A program made the translations under genes and the position numbers. From Nemertoderma westbladi (Eukaryota; Animalia; Xenacoelomorpha), in NCBI GenBank assembly GCA_032718475.1, contig JAUCBJ010003901.1, forward strand, positions 1-64,000: DNA of 64,000 nucleotides. The letters run 5' to 3'. The notes under the pieces are model-generated. The model saw only the letters and a list, made by a program, of their open reading frames with translations, searched no databases and was not told the origin of the DNA. The number at the start of each line of letters is the position of its first letter. Within the stretch, counting starts at the first letter, position 1. Positions 1 through 13,100 of the stretch are shown in pieces.

Positions 1-757
1 CCATACCGTCTGCATGTGTTGCTCGGGATTGAAGTTTATTCTTCTCGAATAATCCTCCCCGCGGCTACCGTATTCTCGATCGGTAGGTATATTCCGTCGG
101 AAAGTTTCTCTTCGACCCCCCTCTCCACTGTTTTCATCTTCGTACCGGTACATCGCGTACCCCTCTCTCGGCGTGTAATGCGTCTCACCGGATCGCATCC
201 CTCCGGGGCGACGGCAATCTCCCGGAGTCCGACCCCACTGACTCTCCGTTCTCATCTCGACTACCGACGGCTCGCTGTCCGTCCTCGCTCTTCTATCGTT
301 TGCGGCGATACTTCTACTACTGTCTTCCTCTCTTCTCCTATCAGTGGAGTATTCCCGCTCACGAGATCTCTCGTCGACCTCCCGGTTAAACCCCACTGTT
401 CTTCTTTCCTCCTCTGATCGGGCTCGACGCTCCGTCTGCCCTCCCGCGACGTCAACCTGCCTTTCTCTGCTCGATCGCACGTCGCTGGGGATACTCGCAA
501 TCCCCCTATTACTTTCCGTCGCCGGTTGTTGCGGTTTACCTTGTTCGGCCCTCGCATTGTCCGCTGACGGCTGTGGGACACTCTCTGCCCCCCCCCCTCT
601 CGCCGCTAACTCTCTGTTGTGGGGCCCTTGTAGCCCCCCCCCCACCCGCTACATTCTACTTCGCTACCTCTCGCCCCGCCACTATATATCTCTCTAGTCG
701 ACAGATCAACCCTACCACAGTCGGGTCTGTTCACCCCCGCCTCTCCCTCTGCTATTG

Positions 758-942
758 CGTGGCCTTCCAGGCCCTCTACTCCCTGCCTACCAACCACGCG
801 GCCTACCAGGCCCTCTGCTCCCTGTCTACTAACTACGTGGCCTACCAGGCCCTCTGCTCCCTGTCTACTAACTACGTGGCCTACCAGGCCCTCTGCTCCC
901 TGTCTACTAACTACGTGGCCTACCAGGCCCTCTGCTCCCTGG
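758..942 (-). repeat. 39-bp coding tandem repeat, ~4.5 copies, (RQGAEGLVGHVVS)n
   Basis: The unit gcctaccaggccctctgctccctgtctactaactacgtg is repeated in frame within the minus-strand ORF. Confidence 0.92.
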
Positions 943-1649
943 TTACGTAGGCCCGACGTGTTTACATTAATAGCACCCATATTGGAAACGGAATTAATTT
1001 GCTCATTTGAAACAAAATCATTTGTATTATTCTGCGCGACTACGTTATCTGAATTATTTTGTAAACTCGGGCTAAGATCATTATTTGAATTATTCGAATT
1101 ATTCTGTGTAATTGCGTTATTTAAGTTATTTTGTAGGTCCGAATTCGAGTTATTATTTTGATTATTTGAATTATTTTGCGTAACTACATCAATATTAGGA
1201 TTATTTTCTACATTAACACTGGGATTGTTCTGATTTAAATTTAAATTACTACCACTAGGCAAAGTATTTCCTGTAATAAAGGTTTGATTAGCGTTATCCC
1301 ATACGGTACTATTAATATCAACAACGTCTACTGTACCATTATTATTACCCCCCCCCCGCCTGTACGGTCGCACCAGTTTTGGGTCTGTCGTGCGGTCCCT
1401 GTCAGTGGAGTATTAATAAATATATCTACGGCCCTCGGCTCCTCAAAAATACTCGAGCCGGCCCCGGTTTCAGACGGCGTCGCTCGCACGTATTCCAACT
1501 CGTGCTCCCCTCTAATTATATTTCCCGCAAACTCACTCTGCCGTTTCTCTAATTCCTTGCGCTCTTTTTCACTCTCTGCCATTTTCCCCTCACGCTCCTG
1601 GGTGTCCTTGATGGCCGAGTCTGCGGCACTCTTAATGCTCTCCCTTCGT

Positions 1650-1870
1650 CTCGCCTCACGCTCTTTGCGTTCCTTTTCCTTTCTCGTCTCATATTCCTTG
1701 CGTTCCTTTTCCCTTTTTGCCTCACGTTCCTTGCGTTCCTCTTCCCCTTTTGCCTCACGTTCCTTGCGTTCCTCTTCCCCTTTTGCCTCACGTTCCTTGC
1801 GTTCCTCGTCCTCCCTTGCCTCACGCTCTCTGCGTTCCCTTTCCTCTCTCGCTTCACGCTCCCTACACTC
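1650..1870 (-). repeat. 33-bp coding tandem repeat, ~6 degenerate copies, (EREAKGEEERK)n charged helix
   Basis: The unit tgcctcacgttccttgcgttcctcttccccttt is repeated, and the peptide has an 11-aa periodicity. Confidence 0.88.
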
Positions 1871-2519
1871 CCTTTCCTCTATCTCATCATACTCCCTTAG
1901 GCTTTTCAAAGCCCTTTCGGCCCTTTCTCCGGTTTCTCTAAGCAATACCGTTTCCCTCTCTAACCGCACTCTTCCCTCCTCTAGCCGTTCCTTCATTTCT
2001 CTCTGACCTTGCTCTGCCATGCTGAGACGGTATGCGGCTCCTATTTTCCTCACCGCTCTTTCTTTCGCGGAGGATGTAACAGACTTATCGGTTACGACGG
2101 ACTTCCCCCGCCTTCCCGACCTACTAACTTTCCCCCGCTTCCCGGAGCTTTCTCCGACCGACGAGGCCGAATCCTCGGTGTTAACCTCGGATTCGCCCCC
2201 TTCGAGTCCCCTCCAACCCACCGGTTTTACTCCCCGGGCATCGATTAAGTATGGCCCTATGTACACTGACGCTATGCTAGGTCCCATACACCCACACTCC
2301 CATAGTTCAAACAGTTCGCCTGCAATTCCCTTTGCTCTCTCCCCGGCTAGTTCTCTCTGCCCAAAACGTATCAGGTAATTTAAGTGTCTATCCGACTCAC
2401 CTAGTCGCTTTCTCAGTCTCACCTCGTCTACCTTCGCCCCTTCCTACTTGGCGTCGTTTATCAGCTTCCGGGTCGCGTTGTAGGCCCGTCGAAGTCGGTC
2501 AGAAACCCCTACGTCCTCG

Positions 2520-2755
2520 TCGCCGACCTCTCCTCCGTCCCTCCGGGTCCGACGTCGTACCGGCGGCTCCACCGTCGCCGTTCCGGTGGGCCGTCCGTCG
2601 CCCTCGGCCTGTAGCTGGCCGGCGACATCGGTACTAATCTCTCCTCCGTCTCTTCGCATCCGGCGTCGCACCGTCGGCCCCACCGATTCGGTGGGCCGCT
2701 CGTTGCCCTCGGCCGGTAGCTGGCCGGCGACATCGGCGCGCCGTCCTCCGTCCCG
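2520..2755 (-). repeat. Degenerate ~110-bp internal duplication in the ORF N-terminus
   Basis: The peptide RDGG...DVAGQLxAEGxxRPT...VxPxVRRRxRRDGGE occurs twice, and the nucleotide motif gtagctggccggcgacatcgg is duplicated. Confidence 0.8.
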
Positions 2756-3104
2756 TGTCGACTCATCTCCTTCCCCCTCCGTCTCGCTCTCTTTCTCTCT
2801 TGGCTCGACTTCGGGTTCCAGGCCTTCCTCGTCCTGTGCTTCCGGTTTGCCCGTTATCGATGGCTCCGGCGTCGTGGGCCTGTATCGTTTGGTCGCGGCC
2901 TCGCGGATCGTTAGGTCTTCGTCCGGGGTCCGCGGTGGTGTCTCGCCCGACTCACTCATCTCCTCTGGTGGCTGATGGTTCGGCTAGCTAGGTTGCAGTT
3001 CTTAGAGTTTAACTAGGGCGGCAGCTCGGTTTTAGTTACTGTGACGGGATCCAGGAGGGATCCCGATTAATCCGATGTGGGATTTAGTCCACGCGTCCCC
3101 GCCG

Positions 3105-3577
3105 TGTATAAGAGTGAAATAAAGATAACTGAGTTCTGAAGTTCGGTGTATAATAATAGGTTATAGGATATAGATATATTGTGAATTATACGGTAGGCGG
3201 GATACGGTAACTAAAGTCCCGTGATCCCCTAACTAAACTAATTGACTGTACCCTACGCTAGCACTGCTGCACTGAGATAACTGAATCACTGATTAATAGG
3301 TTATTGGTTATATTGCACGGTGGCCTTACTGCTACTCAATCGATGCCATTCCCCCCTCTGATTGGTTAATATCCTTGTTGGCGCCCCGTGGAGTATTCCC
3401 GTTCACTCCACCTGCTCTCCTTGGGTTAGGGGTTTGGCCCCTGACCCTCTATTATGTGCTTCCTTCCCACTCTTATTGGGATGGCACGAGTTGGTTAATT
3501 GCCCAATCTCGTGGCTCCCAATATTGCTTATCGGCTTATAACTTTATGGGGTGTTGGCGGGATTGAATAAGCTAACA
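3105..3577 (-). repeat. Putative 5' LTR (~473 bp)
   Basis: The minus strand begins TGTTAG (3577) and ends TTATACA (3105). It contains several CCAAT boxes and lies upstream of the long ORF. The second LTR is outside the window, so the boundaries are unconfirmed. Confidence 0.45.
3300..3370 (-). promoter_or_regulatory. CCAAT-box (NF-Y-like) elements in the putative LTR
   Basis: AACCAATCAGAG lies at ~3367-3356 and AATATAACCAAT at ~3314-3303 on the minus strand. These are motif matches only. Confidence 0.3.
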
Positions 3578-3581
3578 ACTC

Positions 3582-3979
3582 CCACTCACTAATAGGTAAG
3601 TCCTAATTCGGCTGCTAGCTAACCCGTTTGTTGGTCCACTCACTAATAGGTAAGTCCTGGTTCAACTGCTAGCTAACCCGATTGTTGGTTCACTCACTAA
3701 TAGGTAAGTCCTGGTTCAACTGCTAGCTAACCCGTTTGTTGGTTCACTCACTAATAGGTAAGTCCTGCTTCAACTGCTAGTTAACCCGTTTGTTGGTCCA
3801 CTCCTCTCAATAATAGGTAAGTCCTGATTCAACTGCTAGCTAACCCATTTGTTGGTCCACTCACTAATAGGTAAGTCCTGATTCAACTGCTAGCTAACCC
3901 GTTTGTTGGTCCACTCACTAACAGGTAAGTCCTGGTTCAACTGCTAGCTAACCCGTTTGTTGGTCCACTCACTAACAGG
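3582..3979 (+). repeat. 54-bp tandem array (7 units plus a partial) made of the VMAT exon 3' end and its 5' splice donor
   Basis: Units start at 3582, 3636, 3690, 3744, 3798 (+5 bp), 3857, 3911 and 3965. The unit reads CTG GTT CAA CTG CTA GCT AAC CCG TTT GTT GGT CCA CTC ACT AAT AG|GTAAGTC = LVQLLANPFVGPLTN(R), which precedes [IV]GYSIP in VMAT proteins. GTAAGT occurs at 3596, 3650, 3704, 3758, 3817, 3871 and 3925. Confidence 0.93.
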
Positions 3980-4186
3980 ATATTCATACAACTATACGAC
4001 AATTCATGTTATTATTACAATTTCTTTCCGAAATATTGCTCTTTTCGAACTAATAAAACCTCAAGATACATAGATAGGTGCTGCACTTTAAAGTACATTA
4101 CTGATCCTTTTGGTATGTTTACACTCACTATGTTCCCCCTAGACTTTATTTACACACAGTTAGTTTTATAAATATTATTTTAAATG
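3980..4186. other. Unique AT-rich intronic spacer
   Basis: Non-repetitive with no ORF. No exon is needed here because ...TN(AG) joins (G)VGY directly. Confidence 0.65.
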
Positions 4187-7100
4187 CAAATATCGGATAT
4201 AGTTAGGCCCTACTGTTTATCTGATATACTGTTTGTTATACAAATATCGGATATCGGTAGCTACTGTTTATCTGATATACTGTTTGTTATACAAATATCG
4301 GATATCGGTAGGCCCTACTGTTTATCTGATATACTGTTTATCTGATATACTGTTTGTTATACAAATATCGGATAGGTAGGCCCTACTGTTTATCTGATAT
4401 ACTGTTTATCTGATATACTGTTTGTTATACAAATATCGGATAGGTAGGCCCTACTGTTTATCTGATATACTGTTTGTTATACAAATATCGGATAGGTAGG
4501 CCCTACTGTTTATCTGATATACTGTTTGTTATACAAATATCGGATATAGGTAGGCCCTACTGTTTATCTGATATACTGTTTGTTATACAAATATCGGATA
4601 TCGGTAGGTCCTACTGTTTATCTGATATACTGTTTGTTATACAAATATCGGATATCGGTAGGCCTTACTGTTTATCTGATATACTGTTTGTTATACAAAT
4701 ATCGGATAGGTAGGCCCTACTGTTTATCTGATATACTGTTTGTTATACAAATATCGGATATAGGTAGGCCCTACTGTTTATCTGATATACTGTTTGTTAT
4801 ACAAATATCGGATATAGGTAGGCCCTACTGTTTATCTGATATACTGTTTGTTATACAAATATCGGATATCGGTAGGTCCTACTGTTTATCTGATATACTG
4901 TTTGTTATACAAATATCGGATATAGGTAGGCCCTACTGTTTATCTGATATACTGTTTGTTATACAAATATCGGATATAGGTAGGCCCTACTGTTTATCTG
5001 ATATACTGTTTATCTGATATACTGTTTGTTATACAAATATCGGATAGGTAGGCCCTACTGTTTATCTGATATACTGTTTGTTATACAAATATCGGATATA
5101 GGTAGGCCCTACTGTTTATCTGATATACTGTATATCTGATATACTGTTTGTTATACAAATATCGGATATCGGTAGGTCCTACTGTTTATCTGATATACTG
5201 TTTGTTATACAAATATCGGATATCGGTAGGCCTTACTGTTTATCTGATATACTGTTTATCTGATATACTGTTTGTTATACAAATATCGGATATCGGTAGG
5301 TCCTACTGTTTATCTGATATACTGTTTGTTATACAAATATCGGATATCGGTAGGCCTTACTGTTTATCTGATATACTGTTTGTTATACAAATATCGGATA
5401 GGTAGGCCCTACTGTTTATCTGATATACTGTATATCTGATATACTGTTTGTTATACAAATATCGGATATAGGTAGGTCCTACTGTTTATCTGATATACTG
5501 TTTGTTATACAAATATCGGATATAGGTAGGCCCTACTGTTTATCTGATATACTGTTTGTTATACAAATATCGGATATCGGTAGGCCCTACTGTTTATCTG
5601 ATATACTGTTTGTTATACAAATATCTGATATAGGTAGGCCCTACTGTTTATCTGATATACTGTTTGTTATACAAATATCGGATATAGGTAGCCCTACTGT
5701 TTATCTGATATACTGTTTGTTATACAAATATCGGATATAGGTAGGCCCTACTGTTTATCTGATATACGGTTTGTTATACAAATATCGGATATAGGTTAGG
5801 TAGGCCCTACTGTTTATCTGATATACTGTTTGTTATACAAATATCGGATATCGGTAGGCCCTAATGTTTATCTGATATTCTGTTTGTTATACAAATATCG
5901 GATATCGCTAGGTCCTACTCTTTATCTGATATACTGTTTATCTGATATACTGTTTGTTATACAAATATCGGATAGGTAGGCCCTACTGTTTATCTGATGT
6001 ACTGTTTGTTATACAAATATCGGATATAGGTAGGCCCTACTGTTTATCTGATATACTGTTTGTTATACAAATATCGGATATAGGTAGGCCCTACTGTTTA
6101 TCTGATATACTGTTTGTTATACAAATATCGGATATCGGTAGGTCCTACTGTTTATCTGATATACTGTTTGTTATACAAATATCGGATATCGGTAGGCCTT
6201 ACTGTTTATCTGATATACTGTTTATCTGAAATACTGTTTGTTATACAAATATCGGATATAGGTAGGCCCTACTGTTTATCTGATATACTGTTTGTTATAC
6301 AAATATCGGATATCGGTAGGCCTTACTGTTTATCTGATATACTGTTTATCTGATATACTGTTTGTTATACAAATATCGGATATAGGTAGGCCCTACTGTT
6401 TATCTGATATACTGTTTGTTATACAAATATCGGATATCGGTAGGCCCTACTGTTTATCTGATATACTGTTTGTTATACAAATATCGGATATCGGTAGGTC
6501 CTACTGTTTATCTGATATACTGTTTGTTATACAAATATCGGATATCGGTAGGCCTTACTGTTTATCTGATATACTGTTTATCTGATATACTGTTTGTTAT
6601 ACAAATATCGGATAGGTAGGCCCTACTGTTTATCTGATATACTGTTTGTTATACAAATATCGGATATAGGTAGGCCCTACTGTTTATCTGATATACTGTT
6701 TGTTATACAAATATCGGATATAGGTAGGCCCTACTGTTTATCTGATATACTGTTTGTTATACAAATATCGGATATCGGTAGGTCCTACTGTTTATCTGAT
6801 ATACTGTTTGTTATACAAATATCGGATATCGGTAGGCCTTACTGTTTATCTGATATACTGTTTATCTGATATACTGTTTGTTATACAAATATCGGATATA
6901 GGTAGGCCCTATTTTTTATCTGATATATTGTTTGTTATACAAATATCGGATATCGGTAGGCCCTACTGTTTATCTGATATACTGTTTATCTGATATACTG
7001 TTTGTTATACAAATATCGGATATAGGTAGGCCCTACTGTTTATCTGATATACTGTTTGTTATACAAATATCGGATATCGGTAGGCCCTACTGTTTATCTG

Positions 7101-10100
7101 ATATACTGTTTATCTGATGTACTGTTTGTTATACAAATATCGGTAGGCCCTACTGTCTATCTGATATACTGTTTATATGATATACTGTTTGTTATACAAA
7201 TATCGGATATCGGTAGCTACTGTTTATCTGATATACTGTTTGTTATACAAATATCGGATATCGGTAGGCCCTACTGTTTATCTGATATTTTGTTTGTTAT
7301 ACAAATATCGGATATAGGTAGGCCCTAATGTTTATCTGATATACTGTTTATCTGATATACTGTTTGTTATACAAATATCGGATATAGGTAGGCCCTACTG
7401 TTTATCTGATATACTGTTTATCTGATATACTGTTTGTTATACAAATATCGGATATAGGTAGGCCCTACTGTTTATCTGATATACTGTTTGTTATACAAAT
7501 ATCGGATATCGGTAGGCCCTACTGTTTATCTGATATTCTGTTTGTTATACAAATATCGGATATAGGTAGGCCCTACTGTTTATCTGATATACTGTTTGTT
7601 ATACAAATATCGGATATAGGTAGGCCCTACTGTTTATCTGATATACTGTTTGTTATACAAATATCGGATATCGGTAGGCCCTACTGTTTATCTGATATAC
7701 TGTTTGTTATACAAATATCGGATATCGGTAGGCCCTACTCTTTATCTGATATACTGTTTGTTATACAAATATCGGATATCGGTAGGCCCTACTGTTTATC
7801 TGATATACTGTTTGTTTAACAAATATCGGATATCGGTAGGCCCTACTGTTTATCTGATATACTGTTTGTTATACAAATATCGGATATTCCCTACTGTTTA
7901 TCTGATATACTGTTTGTTATACAAATATCGGATATCGGTAGGCCCTACTGTTTATCTGATATTCTGTTTGTTATACAAATATCGGATATAGGTAGGCCCT
8001 ACTGTTTATCTGATATACTGTTTGTTATACAAATATCGGATATTCCCTACTGTTTATCTGATATACTGTTTGTTATACAAATATCGGATATCGGTAGGCC
8101 CTACTGTTTATCTGATATACTGTTTGTTATACAAATATCGGATATCGGTAGGTCCTACTGTTTATCTGATATACTGTTTGTTATACAAATATCGGATATC
8201 GGTAGGCCTTACTGTTTATCTGATATACTGTTTATCTGATATACTGTTTGTTATACAAATATCGGATATAGGTAGGCCCTATTGTTTATCTGATATATTG
8301 TTTGTTATACAAATATCGGATATCGGTAGGCCCTACTGTTTATCTGATATACTGTTTATCTGATATACTGTTTGTTATACAAATATCGGATATAGGTAGG
8401 CCCTACTGTTTATCTGATATACTGTTTGTTATACAAATATCGGATATCGGTAGGCCCTACTGTTTATCTGATATACTGTTTATCTGATGTACTGTTTGTT
8501 ATACAAATATCGGTAGGCCCTACTGTCTATCTGATATACTGTTTATATGATATACTGTTTGTTATACAAATATCGGATATCGGTAGCTACTGTTTATCTG
8601 ATATACTGTTTGTTATACAAATATCGGATATCGGTAGGCCCTACTGTTTATCTGATATTTTGTTTGTTATACAAATATCGGATATAGGTAGGCCCTAATG
8701 TTTATCTGATATACTGTTTATCTGATATACTGTTTGTTATACAAATATCGGATATAGGTAGGCCCTACTGTTTATCTGATATACTGTTTATCTGATATAC
8801 TGTTTGTTATACAAATATCGGATATAGGTAGGCCCTACTGTTTATCTGATATACTGTTTGTTATACAAATATCGGATATCGGTAGGCCCTACTGTTTATC
8901 GGATATTCTGTTTGTTATACAAATATCGGATATAGGTAGGCCCTACTGTTTATCTGATATACTGTTTGTTATACAAATATCGGATATAGGTAGGCCCTAC
9001 TGTTTATCTGATATACTGTTTGTTATACAAATATCGGATATAGGTAGGCCCTACTGTTTATCTGATATACTGTTTGTTATACAAATATCGGATATTCCCT
9101 ACTGTTTATCTGATATACTGTTTGTTATACAAATATCGGATATCGGTAGGCCCTACTGTTTATCTGATATTCTGTTTGTTATACAAATATCGGATATAGG
9201 TAGGCCCTACTGTTTATCTGATATACTGTTTGTTATACAAATATCGGATATTCCCTACTGTTTATCTGATATACTGTTTGTTATACAAATATCGGATATC
9301 GGTAGGCCCTACTGTTTATCTGATATTCTGTTTGTTATACAAATATCGGATATAGGTAGGCCCTACTGTTTATCTGATATACTGTTTATCTGATATACTG
9401 TTTGTTATACAAATATCGGATATAGGTAGGCCCTACTGTTTATCTGATATACTGTTTGTTATACAAATATCGGATATCGGTAGGCCCTACTGTTTATCTG
9501 ATATTCTGTTTGTTATACAAATATCGGATATAGGTAGGCCCTACTGTTTATCTGATATACTGTTTGTTATACAAATATCGGATATAGGTAGGCCCTACTG
9601 TTTATCTGATATACTGTTTGTTATACAAATATCGGATATAGGTAGGCCCTACTGTTTATCTGATATACTGTTTGTTATACAAATATCGGATATAGGTAGG
9701 CCCTACTGTTTATCTGATATACTGTTTGTTATACAAATATCGGATATAGGTAGGCCCTACTGTTTATCTGATATACTGTTTGTTATACAAATATCGGATA
9801 TAGGTAGGCCCTACTGTTTATCTGATATACTGTTTGTTATACAAATATCGGATATAGGTAGGCCCTACTGTTTATCAGATATACTGTTTGTTATACAAAT
9901 ATCGGATATAGGTAGGCCCTACTGTTTATCTGATATACTGTTTGTTATACAAATATCGGATATCGGTAGGTCCTACTGTTTATCTGATATACTGTTTGTT
10001 ATACAAATATCGGATATCGGTAGGCCCTACTGTTTATCTGATATACTGTTTGTTATACAAATATCGGATATCGGTAGGCCCTACTGTTTATCTGATATAC

Positions 10101-13100
10101 TGTTTGTTATACAAATATCGGATATCGGTAGGCCCTACTGTTTATCTGATATACTGTTTGTTATACAAATATCGGATATCGGTAGGCCCTACTGTTTATC
10201 TGATATACTGTTTGTTATACAAATATCGGATATCGGTAGGCCTTACTGTTTATCTGATATACTGTTTGTTATACAAATATCGGATATAAGTAGGCCCTAT
10301 TGTTTATCTGATATACTGTTTGTTATACAAATATCGGATATCGGTAGGCCCTACTGTTTATCTGATATACTGTTTGTTATACAAATATCGGATATCGGTA
10401 GGCCCTACTGTTTATCTGATATACTGTTTGTTATACAAATATCGGATATAAGTAGGCCCTATTGTTTATCTGATATACTGTTTATCTGATATACTGTTTA
10501 TCTGATATACTGTTTGTTATACAAATATCGGATATCGGTAGGCCCTACTGTTTATCTGATATACTGTTTGTTATACAAATATCGGATATAGGTAGGCCCT
10601 ACTGTTTATCTGATATACTGTTTGTTATACAAATATCGGATAGGTAGGCCCTACTGTTTATCTGATATACTGTTTGTTATACAAATATCGGATATCGGTA
10701 GGCCCTACTGTTTATCTGATATACTGTTTGTTATACAAATATCGGATATAGGTAGGCCCTACTGTTTATCTGATATACTGTTTGTTATACAAATATCGGA
10801 TATCGGTAGGCCCTACTGTTTATCTGATATACTGTTTGTTATACAAATATCGGATATCGGTAGGCCCTACTGTTTATCTGATATACTGTTTGTTATACAA
10901 ATATCGGATATCGGTAGGCCTTACTGTTTATCTGATATACTGTTTGTTATACAAATATCGGATATAGGTAGGCCCTACTGTTTATCTGATATACTGTTTG
11001 TTATACAAATATCGGATATCGGTAGGCCCTACTGTTTATCTGATATACTGTTTGTTATACAAATATCGGATATAGGTAGGCCCTACTGTTTATCTGATAT
11101 ACTGTTTGTTATACAAATATCGGATATCGGTAGGCCCTACTGTTTATCTGATATACTGTTTGTTATACAAATATCGGATATCGGTAGGCCCTACTGTTTA
11201 TCTGATATACTGTTTGTTATACAAATATCGGATATCGGTAGGCCCTACTGTTTATCTGATATACTGTTTGTTATACAAATATCGGATATAGGTAGGCCCT
11301 ACTGTTTATCTGATATACTGTTTGTTATACAAATATCGAATATAGGTAGGCCCTACTGTTTATCTGATATACTGTTTGTTATACAAATATCGGATATCGG
11401 TAGGCCCTACTGTTTATCTGATATACTGTTTGTTATACAAATATCGGATATCGGTAGGCCCTACTGTTTATCTGATATACTGTTTGTTATACAAATATCG
11501 GATATAGGTAGGCCCTACTGTTTATCTGATATACTGTATATCTGATATACTGTTTGTTATACAAATATCGGATATCGGTAGGCCCTACTGTTTATCTGAT
11601 ATACTGTTTGTTATACAAATATCGGATATCGGTAGGCCCTACTGTTTATCTGATATACTGTTTGTTATACAAATATCGGATATAGGTAGGCCCTACTGTT
11701 TATCTGATATACTGTATATCTGATATACTGTTTGTTATACAAATATCGGATATAGGTAGGCCCTACTGTTTATCTGATATACTGTTTGTTATACAAATAT
11801 CGGATATCGGTAGGCCCTACTGTTTATCTGATATTCTGTTTGTTATACAAATATCGGATATCGGTAGGTCCTACTGTTTATCTGATATACTGTTTATCTG
11901 ATATACTGTTTGTTATACAAATATCAGATAGGTAGGCCCTACTGTTTATCTGATATACTGTTTGTTATACAAATATCGGATATAGGTAGGCCCTACTGTT
12001 TATCAGATATACTGTTTGTTATACAAATATCGGATATAGGTAGGCCCTACTGTTTATCTGATATACTGTTTGTTATACAAATATCGGATATCGGTAGGTC
12101 CTACTGTTTATCAGATATACTGTTTGTTATACAAATATCGGATATCGGTAGGCCTTACTGTTTATCTGATATACTGTTTATCTGATATACTGTTTGTTAT
12201 ACAAATATCGGATATAGGTAGGCCCTACTGTTTATCTGATATACTGTTTGTTATACAAATATCGGATATCGGTAGGCCCTACTGTTTATCTGATATACTG
12301 TTTATCTGATATACTGTTTGTTATACAAATATCGGATATAGGTAGGCCCTACTGTTTATCTGATATACTGTTTGTTATACAAATATCGGATATCGGTAGC
12401 TACTGTTTATCTGATATACTGTTTGTTATACAAATATCGGATATCGGTAGGCCCTACTGTTTATCTGATATACTGTTTATCTGATATACTGTTTGTTAAA
12501 CAAATATCGGTAGGCCCTACTGTCTCTCTGATATACTGTTTATATGATATACTGTTTGTTATACAAATATCGGATAGGTAGGCCCTACTGTTTATCTGAT
12601 ATTTTGTTTGTTATACAAATATCGGATATAGGTAGGCCCTAATGTTTATCTGATATACTGTTTATCTGATATACTGTTTGTTATACAAATATCGGATATC
12701 GGTAGGCCCTACTGTTTATCTGATATACTGTTTGTTATACAAATATCGGATATAGGTAGGCCCTAATGTTTATCTGATATACTGTTTATCTGATATACTG
12801 TTTGTTATACAAATATCGGATATCGGTAGGCCCTACTGTTTATCTGATATACTGTTTGTTATACAAATATCGGATATCGGTAGGCCCTACTGTTTATCTG
12901 ATATACTGTTTGTTATACAAATATCGGATATAGGTAGGCCCTACTGTTTATCTGATATACTGTTTGTTATACAAATATCGGATATCGGTAGGCCCTACTG
13001 TTTATCTGATATACTGTTTGTTATACAAATATCGGATATCGGTAGGCCCTACTGTTTATCTGATATACTGTTTGTTATACAAATATCGGATATAGGTAGG

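Larger units (their letters stand above)
1..2959 (-). pseudogene. Disrupted long ORF (~985 codons in window), gag-like/ORF1-like, with an E/R/K-rich coiled coil and an Asn-rich segment
   Basis: ORFs 2959-2444 and 2422-1328 share a frame and are separated only by one TAG (2446-2444) and EGAKVDE. A G10 run (C10 at 1348-1357) links to ORF 1373-606. A second G10 run (C10 at 634-643) links to a frame I translated by hand, which is open from 648 to base 1 (LQGPHNRELAARGGGAESVPQ...NFNPEQHMQTVW) and missing from the ORF track because it has no stop. Confidence 0.7.
1..3577 (-). mobile_element. 5' portion of a probable LTR retrotransposon (putative 5' LTR, leader, gag-like ORF), antisense within the VMAT intron; truncated by the window start
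   Basis: On the minus strand a ~470-bp TG...CA-bounded segment is followed by a GC-rich PBS-position sequence and then a ~3-kb low-complexity/coiled-coil reading frame that runs off the window. The segment abruptly cuts the first unit of the 3582-3979 array. No RT, integrase or zinc-knuckle motif is visible, so the class is inferred from architecture. Confidence 0.6.

Noticed and set aside
16-2991. + strand ORFs over the first 3 kb and minus ORF 261-581
   Set aside because: They are antisense or alternate-frame shadows of the long minus-strand frame, with S/L/P-rich low-complexity translations.
3379-3390. TGGCGCCC as a tRNA primer-binding site
   Set aside because: It is on the strand opposite to the long ORF, is not preceded by an LTR-ending CA, and is a short match.
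3105-3990. Longer LTR (TGTAT...ATACA, 3990-3105) containing the 54-bp repeats as U3 enhancer repeats
   Set aside because: The repeats encode host VMAT exon sequence with a splice donor, so they belong to the host gene. The boundary at 3577 is more parsimonious.
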